DNA of 64,000 bases from an uncultured Oscillospiraceae bacterium (lineage in GTDB: Bacteria; Bacillota; Clostridia; Oscillospirales; Oscillospiraceae). Every line of letters begins with the position of its first letter. Positions within the stretch are counted from its first letter, which is position 1. A model generated the notes under the pieces. That model was not told where the DNA came from and made no database searches. It was given only the letters and a program-made list of their open reading frames with translations. Of this stretch, positions 1 through 9,982 are shown one piece after another. The stretch covers positions 5,520 through 69,519 of the forward strand of contig CAYSDG010000002.1 in NCBI GenBank assembly GCA_964429705.1, written 5' to 3'. The position numbers and the translations under genes were made by a program.

Positions 1-2
1 CC

Positions 3-884
3 CTGCTGGCCGCCCTGATCTGGGGCACTGCCTTCTCCGCCCAGTCCATTGCCGCGGCACACATGGAGGCCATGTCCTTCAACTGCTGCCGCAGTCTCAT
101 TGCCACCCTGTTTCTCTTTGGGCTGGATCTGGTATTCTCCCGTGTCACACCGGGCCGCCGCAGCATGCTTCAGCTGGACAAGCCCCAGCGCCGCCAACTG
201 CTGCTGAGCGGTCTGCTCTGCGGCACGGCGCTCTTTCTGGCCTCCAACCTGCAGCAGGTGGGTATTGCCGGCACCAGCGCGGGAAAGGCCGGCTTCCTCA
301 CCGCCATCTACATCATCTTCGTCCCCCTGTTGGGGCTGCTGTTTCAGGGCAAGCGCTCCACGCCCCTGCTGTGGGGCAGCGTGGCTATCGCTGTGGTGGG
401 GCTCTACTTTCTGTGCGTCACCGAGGGCTTCTCGGTCGCGCCCATCGACCTGGTGCTGCTGCTGTGCGCCGTGATCTTTGCCGTCCATATCCTCATCATC
501 GAACACTTCTCCACCCGGGTGGACGGCGTGCAGATGTCCTGTCTCCAGTTTTTGGTGGCCGGTATCCTCTCCGGCGCGGGCGCGCTCCTCTTTGAGCAGC
601 CCACCGCCCAGGGCCTGATGGCCTGCCTGCTGCCCACACTGTATGTGGGCATCTTCTCCAGCGGCGTGGGTTACACCCTGCAAATTCTGTCTCTACGGGG
701 CGCCAACCCCACGGTCGTGTCCCTGCTGATGAGCATGGAGTCCGTCTTTGCCCTGCTGAGCGGCGCCCTGCTGCTGGGGGAGCGCATGAGCGGGCGGGAG
801 CTCTTCGGCTGCGCGCTGATGATGGTGTCGGTGGTGCTGGCCCAGCTGCCCGCCGCCAGCGGGGAGCAGAAGTCCGCACAATGA
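3..884 (+). CDS. EamA/DMT-family permease, N-terminus outside window
   Basis: Frame is open from the window edge (codons start at nt 3). Multi-TM hydrophobic profile with two EamA-like halves. Stop at 882-884 is followed by a strong hairpin. Confidence 0.8.
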   Translation: MLAALIWGTAFSAQSIAAAHMEAMSFNCCRSLIATLFLFGLDLVFSRVTPGRRSMLQLDKPQRRQLLLSGLLCGTALFLASNLQQVGIAGTSAGKAGFLTAIYIIFVPLLGLLFQGKRSTPLLWGSVAIAVVGLYFLCVTEGFSVAPIDLVLLLCAVIFAVHILIIEHFSTRVDGVQMSCLQFLVAGILSGAGALLFEQPTAQGLMACLLPTLYVGIFSSGVGYTLQILSLRGANPTVVSLLMSMESVFALLSGALLLGERMSGRELFGCALMMVSVVLAQLPAASGEQKSAQ

Positions 885-907
885 TCGCGCTGTCCGTAAT
901 CTCTTTT

Positions 908-946
908 GAAAAACGTCCGCCGCAGACATCTGCGGCGGACGTTTTC
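908..946. terminator. Bidirectional intrinsic terminator between convergent genes
   Basis: Perfect hairpin GAAAAACGTCCGCCGCAG-acat-CTGCGGCGGACGTTTTC, flanked by an A-run and a T-run. Confidence 0.65.
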
Positions 947-948
947 CG

Positions 949-1956
949 TTATTCTCCAAAATTCATGTTGGCGAAGATCCGCTCCATCCGTTCGTCCGGG
1001 AATCGCTCATCCACCAGCTCCCAGAATCCGTTTTCCGCAGGCACATCGTGGACCCTCTCCGACCAGCGCCACACCGTCACCAGCGACACCAGGGCGTTCA
1101 CTGTCAGGAAGATGGTGAGGCACCAGGTCACGATCTTTCCCGCCCGATTGGGCAGCTTTAAGATCCACTTGGACATACGGGGATAGAGGTCCTTGATCCA
1201 CAGCACGCCCAGGATCCCCCAGAAGGCGGAGTACAGCAGGCAGATGCGGCCGTTGATATTGAAGGGCATGGCGCTGTAGTCCCAGGACCGGGAGCCCAGC
1301 AGCAGCTCCTGCCCCCAGGAACACAGATATTCCACCACACTGCCCACCACCATGCCGCCCAGAAAGGACAGCCATGGCCCCCGGTTGCGGAAGCGATACA
1401 GCGTGACGCTGAGTGCCACCGCCCCCGCGCCGTAAAGCAGATTGAAGGGGCCGTATACCAGGCCGGACCGGCTCTCCAGATACCCGTAGCGGAAAAGGCA
1501 CCACAGAAGCTCTACCACTACGCCTGCAAAGCTGCCCACGAAGCAGATCAGCATCAGTTTATAGCCGTTAATGCCCTGGGCGAAATGGTCCAACCGCTCC
1601 TCCGCCAGGTCAATGGCCCCGTTGGCCGGGGGATTGAGCTGATACCAGCGCCGGTCCCTGCTCTTGCGCATATCCCGGAAGCGGGCGGTGAGCTCATCCT
1701 CCAGAGCCATGGTTCGCTGGTGGGCAAAGGCCAGATTCTCATTGATCCGGGTCAGCGCCTCGATGCGCTGCCGCACCTCGCTGTCCACCTGCCCATCGGC
1801 GGAGCCGCTGGCCTCCTCGGCCAGGCGCTCATAGCTCTTCTCCAGCTCCAGACGGGTCTCCTCCGCCACAGCCAGCAGCACCTCGCTGGTCTCCTCCAGC
1901 CGCCCCTGTGCCGTCCCCGCCAGGGGGCCGTCCATCCAGGTCAGATCATTTGCCAC
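949..1956 (-). CDS. Membrane protein, putative ABC-transporter type IV (CmpB-like) domain with N-terminal coiled-coil region
   Basis: C-terminal ~200 aa are multi-TM (FVGSFAGVVVELLWCLF...GPFNLLYGAGAVALSV...). I moved the start to GTG 1956, which has AGGAGG 8 nt upstream. The track ORF extends to 2037 without an RBS. Confidence 0.6.
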   Translation of the reverse strand: MANDLTWMDGPLAGTAQGRLEETSEVLLAVAEETRLELEKSYERLAEEASGSADGQVDSEVRQRIEALTRINENLAFAHQRTMALEDELTARFRDMRKSRDRRWYQLNPPANGAIDLAEERLDHFAQGINGYKLMLICFVGSFAGVVVELLWCLFRYGYLESRSGLVYGPFNLLYGAGAVALSVTLYRFRNRGPWLSFLGGMVVGSVVEYLCSWGQELLLGSRSWDYSAMPFNINGRICLLYSAFWGILGVLWIKDLYPRMSKWILKLPNRAGKIVTWCLTIFLTVNALVSLVTVWRWSERVHDVPAENGFWELVDERFPDERMERIFANMNFGE

Positions 1957-2284
1957 TGCTTCAGCCTCCTTCAACACTTTTGTTCGCCCATTATACCTGC
2001 GCCGCCCCCCGATTCTGTGTACAATTTGTAAAATCACTCTTAACTTTTTATAAATAGAATGTTTCTTTTTCTTAAATGATGGGCATTGGTTCAGGGCATT
2101 CTGCCACCGGGCGGTGTTTTTTGTCGGAAGTTGCCATCTATTCGCTGCTCTGTTTTGCCTCCGGCGGGAGTATTCCGCGCCCCTTGCGGGTAACTTTGGC
2201 CCGCAAGGGGGTACACCGCATCCGTAAAGCAGCAGAGCTGCTAACGGCTGCGCAGGCCCTTCGCCCGTAGGCCGAAACTCCCCC

Positions 2285-2337
2285 TTGACAGTTTAGTCTA
2301 TCTGTTGTAGACTAAATACAGACTACACACAGTAGAC
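2285..2337 (+). promoter_or_regulatory. Promoter (-35 TTGACA 2285-2290) overlapped by two palindromic operator candidates for the BlaI-family repressor
   Basis: TAGTCTA-n7-TAGACTA at 2294-2314 and GACTAC-acaca-GTAGAC at 2321-2337. RBS AGGAGG at 2341-2346 precedes ATG 2354. Confidence 0.55.
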
Positions 2338-2353
2338 CAAAGGAGGACATCAT

Positions 2354-2719
2354 ATGAGCGACTTGAAATTAGGGGCGGTGGAATCCCGCTTTGCGGACAT
2401 CATCTGGGAGAACGAGCCGCTGTCCTCTCCGGCGCTGGTGAAGCTGGCCGCCCAGGAGCTGCAGTGGAAAAAATCCACCACCTACACCGTTCTGAAGCGA
2501 CTGTGTGACCGTGGGCTTTTCCAGAATCGGGACGGTGTCGTATCCTCCCTGCTGACCCGACAGGAGTACTACGCCCGCCAGAGCGAGCAGTTCGTCAACG
2601 ACGCCTTCGACGGCTCCCTGCCCGCCTTTCTCACCGCCTTCTCCACCCGCAAGCGGCTGTCAGCCCGGGAGATTGACCAGCTGCAGCAGATGATCGACCA
2701 GATGAAAGGAGAGGCATAA
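2354..2719 (+). CDS. BlaI/MecI/CopY-family transcriptional repressor
   Basis: 121 aa winged-helix N-terminus (WKKSTTYTVLKRLCDRGL) plus C-terminal dimerisation helix. Sits immediately upstream of an M56 sensor gene. Confidence 0.9.
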   Translation: MSDLKLGAVESRFADIIWENEPLSSPALVKLAAQELQWKKSTTYTVLKRLCDRGLFQNRDGVVSSLLTRQEYYARQSEQFVNDAFDGSLPAFLTAFSTRKRLSAREIDQLQQMIDQMKGEA

Positions 2720-2723
2720 TGCC

Positions 2724-4658
2724 ATGACTGACCTGATCCTGCACCGACTGTTCCCCACGCTGTGGAACATGAGTCTCACCGCCAGCATCATCATTTTGTT
2801 CCTGCTACCGGTGCGGCTGCTGCTGCGCCGGACTCCCAAGGTATTCTCCTACGCCCTGTGGGCGGTGGTACTGTTCCGGCTGCTGTGTCCCGTCTCCATC
2901 TCCGCACCCCACTCCCTGCTGGGCCTGGTCCAGGCCCCCGCCCGGGAAACCACCGCCGTGACCAGCGCGGTGGAATTTGTCCGCCCCAGTGCCGCGGCTG
3001 TTCCCGACACCGCCCCCGGCGGCACAGCGGTGCCAGTCCCCACTGTGCCCCAGGCATCTGAGACACCGGCTCAAACTGCTGCACGCGGCATGGAGCCGGC
3101 GGAGCTCGTCACGCTGATCTGGCTGGCGGGCATCGGCGGGATGCTGGCATACAGCGCTGCCTCTCTGCTGCGCCTGCGGCGTCAGCTGGTGGGCGCGGCG
3201 GCACTGACAGGAAATATCTATCAAGCGGACCATATCAGCTCACCCTTCGTTATCGGTCTGCTGCGGCCCCGGATCTATCTGCCCTCCGCCCTGACGGACC
3301 GGGAGCGGGACTATATCATCCTCCACGAGCAGCACCACATCCGCCGCATGGATCATGTCACCCGGCCTCTGGCCTTTGCGGCGCTGTGCCTGCACTGGTT
3401 CAACCCCCTGGTGTGGCTGGCCTTCGTGCTGTCCGGCAGGGACATGGAGATGAGCTGCGACGAGGCGGTGATCCGCCGACTGGGACCCTCCATCCGGGCG
3501 GACTACTCCCAGTCCCTCCTGCGCCTCACCGTGGGCCGCCCCATCATCGCCGGAGCGCCCCTGGCCTTCGGCGAGGGCAACACCAGCTCCCGCATCCGGA
3601 ATCTGCTCTACTGGCGGCGGCCCCGGGTGTGGATCACCATTCTGGCGGGTGCGGTGTGTGTGGCGGTCATCGCAACCTGCGCCGCCAACCCCGGAGGGAC
3701 CAACAGCGAGGACAGTACCGGCGCTGACGTGGATCAGACACGTGAAGTGTCGTGGTCCAGCGTGGAGGCCTATGTCCAACACCTGATGAACGCCCAAACA
3801 GAGGTCAGCTACTACGTCCTGGGCGACCCGGTCACGGAGCAGCGCACCGCCCCCGTAACGGACCGCAGACTGGCCTACTTAAAGAACACAAGACAGGTGG
3901 CCGGACTGGCTCCCGTCGGCGTTCTGGAGGCGTGGGAGTACAGCTATCTGCTGCGATTCGATGAGGACCCGGCCTCTGTGGCCCTGGTTGGCGGCCAGTT
4001 CTGCGACGAGGACGGCTGGTTCGACCTGGAGGGCCAGGGCGGCCACGTGCTGGTGGCCCTGCGCCGGGACGATGGCAGCTATGAGATCCTCTACGACGCG
4101 CCAGTCAACGACGGCGGCGACTTCTTTGGCTGCCACGACACCGTGGAGGAAGCCATCTACGACTGGTATGTCCAGTACGCCGGGCTGGACCTGCCTCTGT
4201 ATGTGGAGGACTGGATCGGCCGGTTCACCCAGCCGGAAGGCTTCTCCATGAGCAACTACCCCGTCCACCGCTATGACGTGGACGGCGGGTATCTCTACAT
4301 CCCCGTGTCCGTCTGGATCATGCAGGAGCCCTCCAACCGCCACTGGGAGTGGTACTCAGCGTACGACACCGGCTCCAGCCTGGTGGTGGACTACTTCACT
4401 AATCCTGTGGAGGACGAGTACATCACGTCCCAGAAGCAGGGCTTCGCCCCTCTGGACGACACCCGGCAGGTCTGGGAGCGGCGGCGGGACGGCTACAACT
4501 CGCAATACTGGCTCTACCCCGCCGCCGATGGCATCGGCTGCTGGCGGGTGTGGACCATGTGGACCGACGAGGGCATCACCGACTATCCCTATATCGCCAT
4601 TGAGCCGGAGGTCATGGCGCTGATGGCGGAGAGCTTCACCCCCACAGCAACCGCATAG
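2724..4658 (+). CDS. BlaR1/M56-family membrane zinc-peptidase sensor with a non-PBP extracellular domain
   Basis: N-terminal TM helices and an HEQHH zinc motif (ILHEQHHIRRMDH). The ~310-aa C-terminal domain has no S-x-x-K motif. Confidence 0.85.
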   Translation: MTDLILHRLFPTLWNMSLTASIIILFLLPVRLLLRRTPKVFSYALWAVVLFRLLCPVSISAPHSLLGLVQAPARETTAVTSAVEFVRPSAAAVPDTAPGGTAVPVPTVPQASETPAQTAARGMEPAELVTLIWLAGIGGMLAYSAASLLRLRRQLVGAAALTGNIYQADHISSPFVIGLLRPRIYLPSALTDRERDYIILHEQHHIRRMDHVTRPLAFAALCLHWFNPLVWLAFVLSGRDMEMSCDEAVIRRLGPSIRADYSQSLLRLTVGRPIIAGAPLAFGEGNTSSRIRNLLYWRRPRVWITILAGAVCVAVIATCAANPGGTNSEDSTGADVDQTREVSWSSVEAYVQHLMNAQTEVSYYVLGDPVTEQRTAPVTDRRLAYLKNTRQVAGLAPVGVLEAWEYSYLLRFDEDPASVALVGGQFCDEDGWFDLEGQGGHVLVALRRDDGSYEILYDAPVNDGGDFFGCHDTVEEAIYDWYVQYAGLDLPLYVEDWIGRFTQPEGFSMSNYPVHRYDVDGGYLYIPVSVWIMQEPSNRHWEWYSAYDTGSSLVVDYFTNPVEDEYITSQKQGFAPLDDTRQVWERRRDGYNSQYWLYPAADGIGCWRVWTMWTDEGITDYPYIAIEPEVMALMAESFTPTATA

Positions 4659-4683
4659 ACAGACAGCCCGGCCAGCGGCCAAA

Positions 4684-4730
4684 ATTCCCCCTGATGCAGA
4701 TTCACACCGCATCAGGGGGAATTTCTTGTT
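4684..4730 (+). terminator. Intrinsic terminator after the blaI/blaR1-like operon
   Basis: ATTCCCCCTGATGC-loop-GCATCAGGGGGAAT followed by TTCTTGTT. Confidence 0.75.
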
Positions 4731-4850
4731 CGGGAAATACCGGCGGACACGCCGCACTGAGCAAAGACTGCTCCCTTCGCACTTCATTGGTGATTGCAAG
4801 GCGCTGGCAGTTGTGGTATATTTATTTTATCTGCGCTGTAAGGAGGAGCT

Positions 4851-5687
4851 ATGTTAAAAAGAGCCTATATCGAGATCACCAACATCTGTAATCTGGCCTG
4901 CTCCTTCTGTCCTGGCACCAGGCGGGAGCAGCGCTTCATGACGGCAGACGAATTCCGTCTTCTGGCCCGGAAGCTGTCAGGGCACGTGCGGTACCTCTAT
5001 CTCCACGTCATGGGGGAGCCGCTGCTGCATCCCCAGTTGGAGGCGATCCTGACCGCCGCCGGGGCGCTGGGCTTCCGCGTCTGCATCACCACCAACGGAA
5101 CCCTTCTGGACAGTCGGGGCAGTTCGCTGCTGGCCGCTCCCAGTCTGCACAAGGTCAGCATCTCCCTCCACTCCATGGAGGGCAATGGCGCTGGCCAGCT
5201 GCGGCAGTATCTGGAGCAGTGCTGGTCCTTCGCCAGTCAGGCCGCCCGGGGCGGGACGATCTGCGCCCTGCGGCTGTGGAATATCGGCGGCGAGGATCGA
5301 CGCAACGGCGAAATTTTGGAATTCCTCTCAGAGCAGCTGGGGGAGTCCCCCCTGGCCCACCCACAGAGCCGCCCCGGCAGCTGGAAGCTGGGGGAGCGGT
5401 TGTACCTGGAGCAGGCGGAGCGCTTCGACTGGCCGGACCTTACCGCGCCGGAACGGGACACCCGCTTCTGTCTGGGACTCAGAGAACATATCGCCGTTCT
5501 GGCAGACGGCACGGTGGTCCCCTGCTGTCTGGACCACGAGGGGGACATCCCCCTGGGGAATCTCTTTCAGCAGGAGCTGGAGGATATTTTAGCCAGCCCG
5601 CGGGCCGCCGCGATATACGACGGCTTCTCCCGGGCCCAGCCCAGCGAGGAGCTGTGCCGCCGCTGCGGCTATGCCACCCGCTTTTGA
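4851..5687 (+). CDS. Radical SAM protein with C-terminal SPASM/twitch-like Cys cluster
   Basis: CNLACSFC (CxxxCxxC) at the N-terminus. C-terminal Cys-rich region VVPCCLDHEG...ELCRRCGY. Confidence 0.8.
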   Translation: MLKRAYIEITNICNLACSFCPGTRREQRFMTADEFRLLARKLSGHVRYLYLHVMGEPLLHPQLEAILTAAGALGFRVCITTNGTLLDSRGSSLLAAPSLHKVSISLHSMEGNGAGQLRQYLEQCWSFASQAARGGTICALRLWNIGGEDRRNGEILEFLSEQLGESPLAHPQSRPGSWKLGERLYLEQAERFDWPDLTAPERDTRFCLGLREHIAVLADGTVVPCCLDHEGDIPLGNLFQQELEDILASPRAAAIYDGFSRAQPSEELCRRCGYATRF

Positions 5688-5697
5688 GGTAGAAAAT

Positions 5698-6774
5698 ATG
5701 CCCATGGAAGAGAAACGATTACAGGCCATGGTGGAGCCACTGCTGGCCTGGTACGACCTGCACAAACGCACCCTGCCCTGGCGGGGGACAACGGATCCCT
5801 ACCGGGTCTGGGTATCGGAGATCATGCTGCAGCAGACCCGCGTGGCGGCGGTGATCCCCTACTATGAGCAGTGGATGGCGGCGTTGCCGACAGTGGCGGA
5901 CCTGGCCGCAGTGGACGAGGACGACCTCATGAAGCTGTGGCAGGGGCTGGGCTACTATAGCCGCGCGAGGAATCTGCAGAAGGCCGCCAAACTCATCATG
6001 GAGCAGTACGGCGGCCAGTTTCCCCGCAGCCGCGAGGCCCTGCTGGCCCTCCCCGGCGTGGGGGAGTACACCGCCGGCGCGGTGGCGTCCATCGCCTTCG
6101 GCGAGGCCGTCCCCGCGGTGGACGGGAACGTGCTGCGGGTGGCATCCCGGGTTGCCAACGTGGCAGAAAATATTCTGGATACCAGGGTAAAGAAGAAATT
6201 TCAGCGCTGGATGGACGCTGCTGTTCCGGCGGAGCGGCCTGGGGCCTACAACCAGGCCCTGATGGACCTGGGCGCCACGGTATGTCTCCCCAATGGGGAA
6301 CCGCTGTGCGGAGACTGTCCCCTTGCCCCACTCTGCGAGGCACGGCGGCTGGGCGTACAGGACCAGCTGCCCGTCCGGGCAAAAAAGGCCCCCCGCCGGG
6401 TGGAGGAGCTGACTGTCTATCTGCTGCTGCGGGGTGACGAGGCGGCCCTGCGCCGCCGGGAGGACAGCGGCCTGCTGGCGGGACTGTGGGAATTTCCCCA
6501 TGTACCCGGCGCTCTGTCGGAGGACCGGGCGGCGGAGCCCCTGGCCTCCTGGGGCCTGCGCAGCGTCGACTGGAAAAAAGTTCTGGAGGCCAGGCACATC
6601 TTTACCCACGTGGAGTGGCACATGACTGGCTATGTGGTGCAGGTGGAGGGGGATGGCCCCGGCCTGACCTGGGCAGACAGAGACAAATTGGAGACACTGG
6701 CAGTTCCGTCGGCCTTCGCCAAATTTCTGGCAGAGGCACGGTCTGCGTTATCGACGTTTTCAGCGGGGCAGTGA
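5698..6774 (+). CDS. mutY: A/G-specific adenine DNA glycosylase
   Basis: HhH-GPD motifs (VWVSEIMLQQTRV, LPGVGEYTAGAVASIAFG), Fe-S Cys cluster (CLPNGEPLCGDCPLAPLC) and a NUDIX-like C-terminus. Start set at ATG 5698, just downstream of the preceding stop. Confidence 0.9.
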   Translation: MPMEEKRLQAMVEPLLAWYDLHKRTLPWRGTTDPYRVWVSEIMLQQTRVAAVIPYYEQWMAALPTVADLAAVDEDDLMKLWQGLGYYSRARNLQKAAKLIMEQYGGQFPRSREALLALPGVGEYTAGAVASIAFGEAVPAVDGNVLRVASRVANVAENILDTRVKKKFQRWMDAAVPAERPGAYNQALMDLGATVCLPNGEPLCGDCPLAPLCEARRLGVQDQLPVRAKKAPRRVEELTVYLLLRGDEAALRRREDSGLLAGLWEFPHVPGALSEDRAAEPLASWGLRSVDWKKVLEARHIFTHVEWHMTGYVVQVEGDGPGLTWADRDKLETLAVPSAFAKFLAEARSALSTFSAGQ

Positions 6775-6803
6775 CCGCCCCGACACAGATAAGGAGAGAG
6801 ACA

Positions 6804-7397
6804 ATGGCACAGCTTTATTTTAAATACGGCGCAATGGGCTCCAGCAAAACCGCCAACGCCCTGATGGCCCGCTTCAACTACGAGGAGCGCGGCCAGCAGG
6901 CCCTGCTGGTGAAGCCCCGGATGGACGAGCGGGACGGCGACCACATGGTGGTCAGCCGCATCGGCCTGACCTACCCCTGCATCTACTTCGACGAGATGCA
7001 GAAGCTCAACCCCATGGTGCTGCAGCAGAACGCCTGCATCATCGTGGACGAGGCCCAGTTCCTCACCAAGGAGGAGGTCCACTATCTGGTCCATCTGGTG
7101 GACGAGCTGGACATCCCCGTGATGTGCTATGGCCTGCGCTCGGACTTCCGGGGCGAGCTGTTCCCCGGCAGCTATGAGCTGCTGGTGATGGCCGACAAGA
7201 TCGAGGAGGTAAAGACCATCTGCTGGTGCGGCCGGAAGGCCACCTTCAACGCCCGCTTTGACGAGCAGGGCAACGTCCTGCAGGAGGGCGAGCAGGTGGT
7301 GCTTGGTGCCAACGACAAGTACATCAGCCTGTGCCGCCGCCACTGGATGGCAGGGGACCTGGGTCCCGATTTCAAGCGGCGTCTGCTGGGGGAGTGA
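6804..7397 (+). CDS. tdk: Thymidine kinase
   Basis: MAQLYFKYGAMGSSKTANALM P-loop start with RBS AAGGAGAGAG upstream. C-terminal zinc ribbon CWCGRKA...LCRRH. Confidence 0.93.
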   Translation: MAQLYFKYGAMGSSKTANALMARFNYEERGQQALLVKPRMDERDGDHMVVSRIGLTYPCIYFDEMQKLNPMVLQQNACIIVDEAQFLTKEEVHYLVHLVDELDIPVMCYGLRSDFRGELFPGSYELLVMADKIEEVKTICWCGRKATFNARFDEQGNVLQEGEQVVLGANDKYISLCRRHWMAGDLGPDFKRRLLGE

Positions 7398-7401
7398 GCG
7401 C

Positions 7402-8274
7402 ATGCTCTGTGAACTTTGTCCCCGCCGCTGCGGGGCGCTGCGGACCGAGACCAGCGGTGAGGGCTGGTGCCGTCTGCCCGCCGCCCCTGTGATCGCCCGC
7501 GCCGGGCTGCACCACTGGGAGGAGCCCGCCATCAGCGGCTCCCGCGGCAGCGGTGCGGTGTTTTTCACCGGTTGTGTACTGGGCTGCGTCTTTTGTCAGA
7601 ACGGCCCCATCAGTCACGAAAATTTCGGACAGACCGTCTCCATCTCCCGCCTGCGGGAGATCTTTTCCGAGCTTATCGCTCAGGGTGCCCACAACATCAA
7701 CCTGGTCTCCCCCACCCCCTACGCCCTGGCCATCCGCCAGGCGCTGGAGGAGCCGCTCCCCGTCCCCGTGGTGTGGAACACCGGCGGCTATGAGCGGGTG
7801 GAGACCCTGCGGGCCATGGAGGGCCGTGTACAGATCTGGCTGCCGGATCTGAAGTACGCCGACAGCGATCTCGCCGCCCGGTACAGCCGTGCTGCGGACT
7901 ACTTCGAGGTGGCCACCGCTGCCATTGAGGAGATGTACCGCCAGATCGGCGACTATGTGATAGAGGACGGCCTTCTGAAAAAGGGCGTAGTGATCCGCCA
8001 CCTGCTGCTGCCCGGCGCACTGGATAATACCAAAGCCGTCATGGACTGGGTGGCCTCCCACTTCCAGCCGGGGCAGGTCCTGTTCTCCCTGATGGCCCAG
8101 TACACGCCGCAGCCCGGCGCGCAGGGGCTTCTGGCCCGCCGGGTGACCCGGGCGGAATACCGGGCCGCAATGACCTACATGGAAAATCTCGGCATCACCG
8201 ACGGATACTGTCAGGATACCGACTCCGCCAGGGCGGAGTATACGCCGGCGTTTGATCTGACGGGCGTTCTTTGA
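7402..8274 (+). CDS. Radical SAM protein, PflX-like (putative glycyl-radical activase family)
   Basis: MLCELCPRRC N-terminal Cys cluster and GCVLGCVFCQN radical SAM motif. Start ATG 7402 lies 2 nt after the tdk stop. Confidence 0.8.
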   Translation: MLCELCPRRCGALRTETSGEGWCRLPAAPVIARAGLHHWEEPAISGSRGSGAVFFTGCVLGCVFCQNGPISHENFGQTVSISRLREIFSELIAQGAHNINLVSPTPYALAIRQALEEPLPVPVVWNTGGYERVETLRAMEGRVQIWLPDLKYADSDLAARYSRAADYFEVATAAIEEMYRQIGDYVIEDGLLKKGVVIRHLLLPGALDNTKAVMDWVASHFQPGQVLFSLMAQYTPQPGAQGLLARRVTRAEYRAAMTYMENLGITDGYCQDTDSARAEYTPAFDLTGVL

Positions 8275-8475
8275 GCTTATTTTAAGAAGCTGCGCTTCCA
8301 AGCGGGTTTCTTTTTGTCAGCAGCAGTTACGTCTGCCCCACATGCAGCTAACGGCACGGTGCTGCCCTCCACCGCACGATGACCCAACCAGGCGGGAAGT
8401 CCGCCCCCCGAACAGACTTATCGACCAAATTCCCGGCAGGCAGCGCCGAGCTGAGAAAGAGAGGAAAAAGCAGTT

Positions 8476-9870
8476 ATGACACCAAAGCTTCAGACCTTCC
8501 GCCAGAAATTCATCGGCGACCGGGCCTTTTATGCCATGGTCCTGGCCGTTATGATCCCCATCGTCATCCAAAACGGCATCACCAACCTGGTCAACGTGCT
8601 GGACAACGTCATGGTGGGGCAACTGGGAACGGAGTCCATGTCCGGCGTTGCCATCGTCAACCAGCTGATCTTCGTGTTCAACCTCAGCGTCTTTGGCGGC
8701 ATCTCCGGTCCCGGCATCTTCACCGCCCAGTACCACGGCTCCGGCAACGTGGAGGGCGTGCGCCAGACCTTCCGCTTCAAGCTCTATGTGGTGGCGGTGC
8801 TGTCTGTCATTTTCATCACCGCCTTCGCTCTCTGGGACACGGAGCTTCTCTCCCTCTATCTCCATGAGGCTGACAGCGGTAACCTGGATCTGACCCTGCA
8901 GGAGGGGCAGACCTATCTGCGCATCATGCTGCTGGGCCTGCCGCCCTTCGCCCTCAGCAGCGCCTATGCCGGCACCCTGCGTGAGACCGGCGAGACCATG
9001 CTGCCTATGAAGGCGGGCATCGCCGCCGTTCTGGTGGACCTGGTCTTCAACTGGCTGCTGATCTTCGGCAATCTGGGCTGTCCCGCCCTGGGCGTGGCCG
9101 GTGCGGCCATCGCCACCGTGATGGCCCGCTATGTGGAATTGCTGGTCATCCTGCTGTGGATCCACCGCCACCAGGAGCGTGTTCCCTTCTTCACCGGCGC
9201 ATACAAGAGCTTCTTCATCTCCCGCACGATCTGCCTGCGCATCATCCGCAAGGGAACGCCTCTGCTGCTCAATGAGCTGCTGTGGTCCGTTGGCATCACC
9301 GCCATCAACCAGTGCTACTCCACCAGGGGCCTCACCGCTGTGGCCGCAGTGAACATCACCTCCACTCTGGCCAACCTCTTTAAGATCGTGATGATGGCCT
9401 CGGGCAGCTCCATCGCCATCATCGTAGGCCAGCAGCTGGGAGCTGGCCGCATGAAAGAGGCACGGGACATCGACAATAAGATGATCTTTGCCACCTGCGC
9501 CCTGAGCGCCGGGATCGGTGCGGTGCTGCTGGTGATGGCCCCCCTGTTCCCCGCAATGTACAACACCACCGAGGACGTCCGGGTACTGGCCACCGTGCTG
9601 CTGCGCATCGTGGCCCTCATCATGCCGGTACAGGCCTTCAACAACGCCTGCTACTTCACCCTGCGCTCCGGCGGGAAAACGGTCATTACCTTCCTCTTTG
9701 ACAGCATGTTTGTCTGCTGCATCGCCTATCCCCCCGCCTTTTACGCCGCCAACTTCACTGCCATGAGCGTCATCGCCATGTACATCATGGTCCAGAGTCT
9801 GGAGATCGTAAAGACCATCATCGGCTTCGGCTTCCTGAAAAAGGGCAGCTGGCTGGCCAACATCGTGTAA
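8476..9870 (+). CDS. MATE-family efflux transporter
   Basis: 464 aa, 12-TM profile, typical MATE N-terminus (PIVIQNGITNLVNVLDNVMVGQLG). Confidence 0.9.
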   Translation: MTPKLQTFRQKFIGDRAFYAMVLAVMIPIVIQNGITNLVNVLDNVMVGQLGTESMSGVAIVNQLIFVFNLSVFGGISGPGIFTAQYHGSGNVEGVRQTFRFKLYVVAVLSVIFITAFALWDTELLSLYLHEADSGNLDLTLQEGQTYLRIMLLGLPPFALSSAYAGTLRETGETMLPMKAGIAAVLVDLVFNWLLIFGNLGCPALGVAGAAIATVMARYVELLVILLWIHRHQERVPFFTGAYKSFFISRTICLRIIRKGTPLLLNELLWSVGITAINQCYSTRGLTAVAAVNITSTLANLFKIVMMASGSSIAIIVGQQLGAGRMKEARDIDNKMIFATCALSAGIGAVLLVMAPLFPAMYNTTEDVRVLATVLLRIVALIMPVQAFNNACYFTLRSGGKTVITFLFDSMFVCCIAYPPAFYAANFTAMSVIAMYIMVQSLEIVKTIIGFGFLKKGSWLANIV

Positions 9871-9897
9871 GAGCGTGCGGCCTCCGCCGATCATAGC

Positions 9898-9950
9898 ATC
9901 CGCCCCATCCTGTCCGGTCTGCATCCGGGCAGTACGGGGCGGATATTTTT
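9898..9950 (+). terminator. Intrinsic terminator after the MATE gene
   Basis: ATCCGCCCC...GGGGCGGAT stem with an inner CCGG/CCGG helix, followed by ATTTTT. Confidence 0.55.
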
Positions 9951-9982
9951 CGTATACGCTTTCCGGCAAAGCACGCCACCTC

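Noticed and set aside
2076-2270. A 64-aa ORF upstream of the blaI-like gene.
   Set aside because: It has no RBS and sits in the divergent intergenic region. It has no recognisable domain and is probably non-coding.
6486-6803. N-terminal extensions of track ORFs, including tdk from 6486, the radical SAM gene from 7258, ilvE from 24710, the ligases from 15581/18347 and the ABC ATPase from 40293.
   Set aside because: The extensions overlap the preceding gene or a riboswitch/T-box leader and translate to Arg/Gly/Pro-rich nonsense. Internal starts with RBSs coincide with the conserved protein N-termini.
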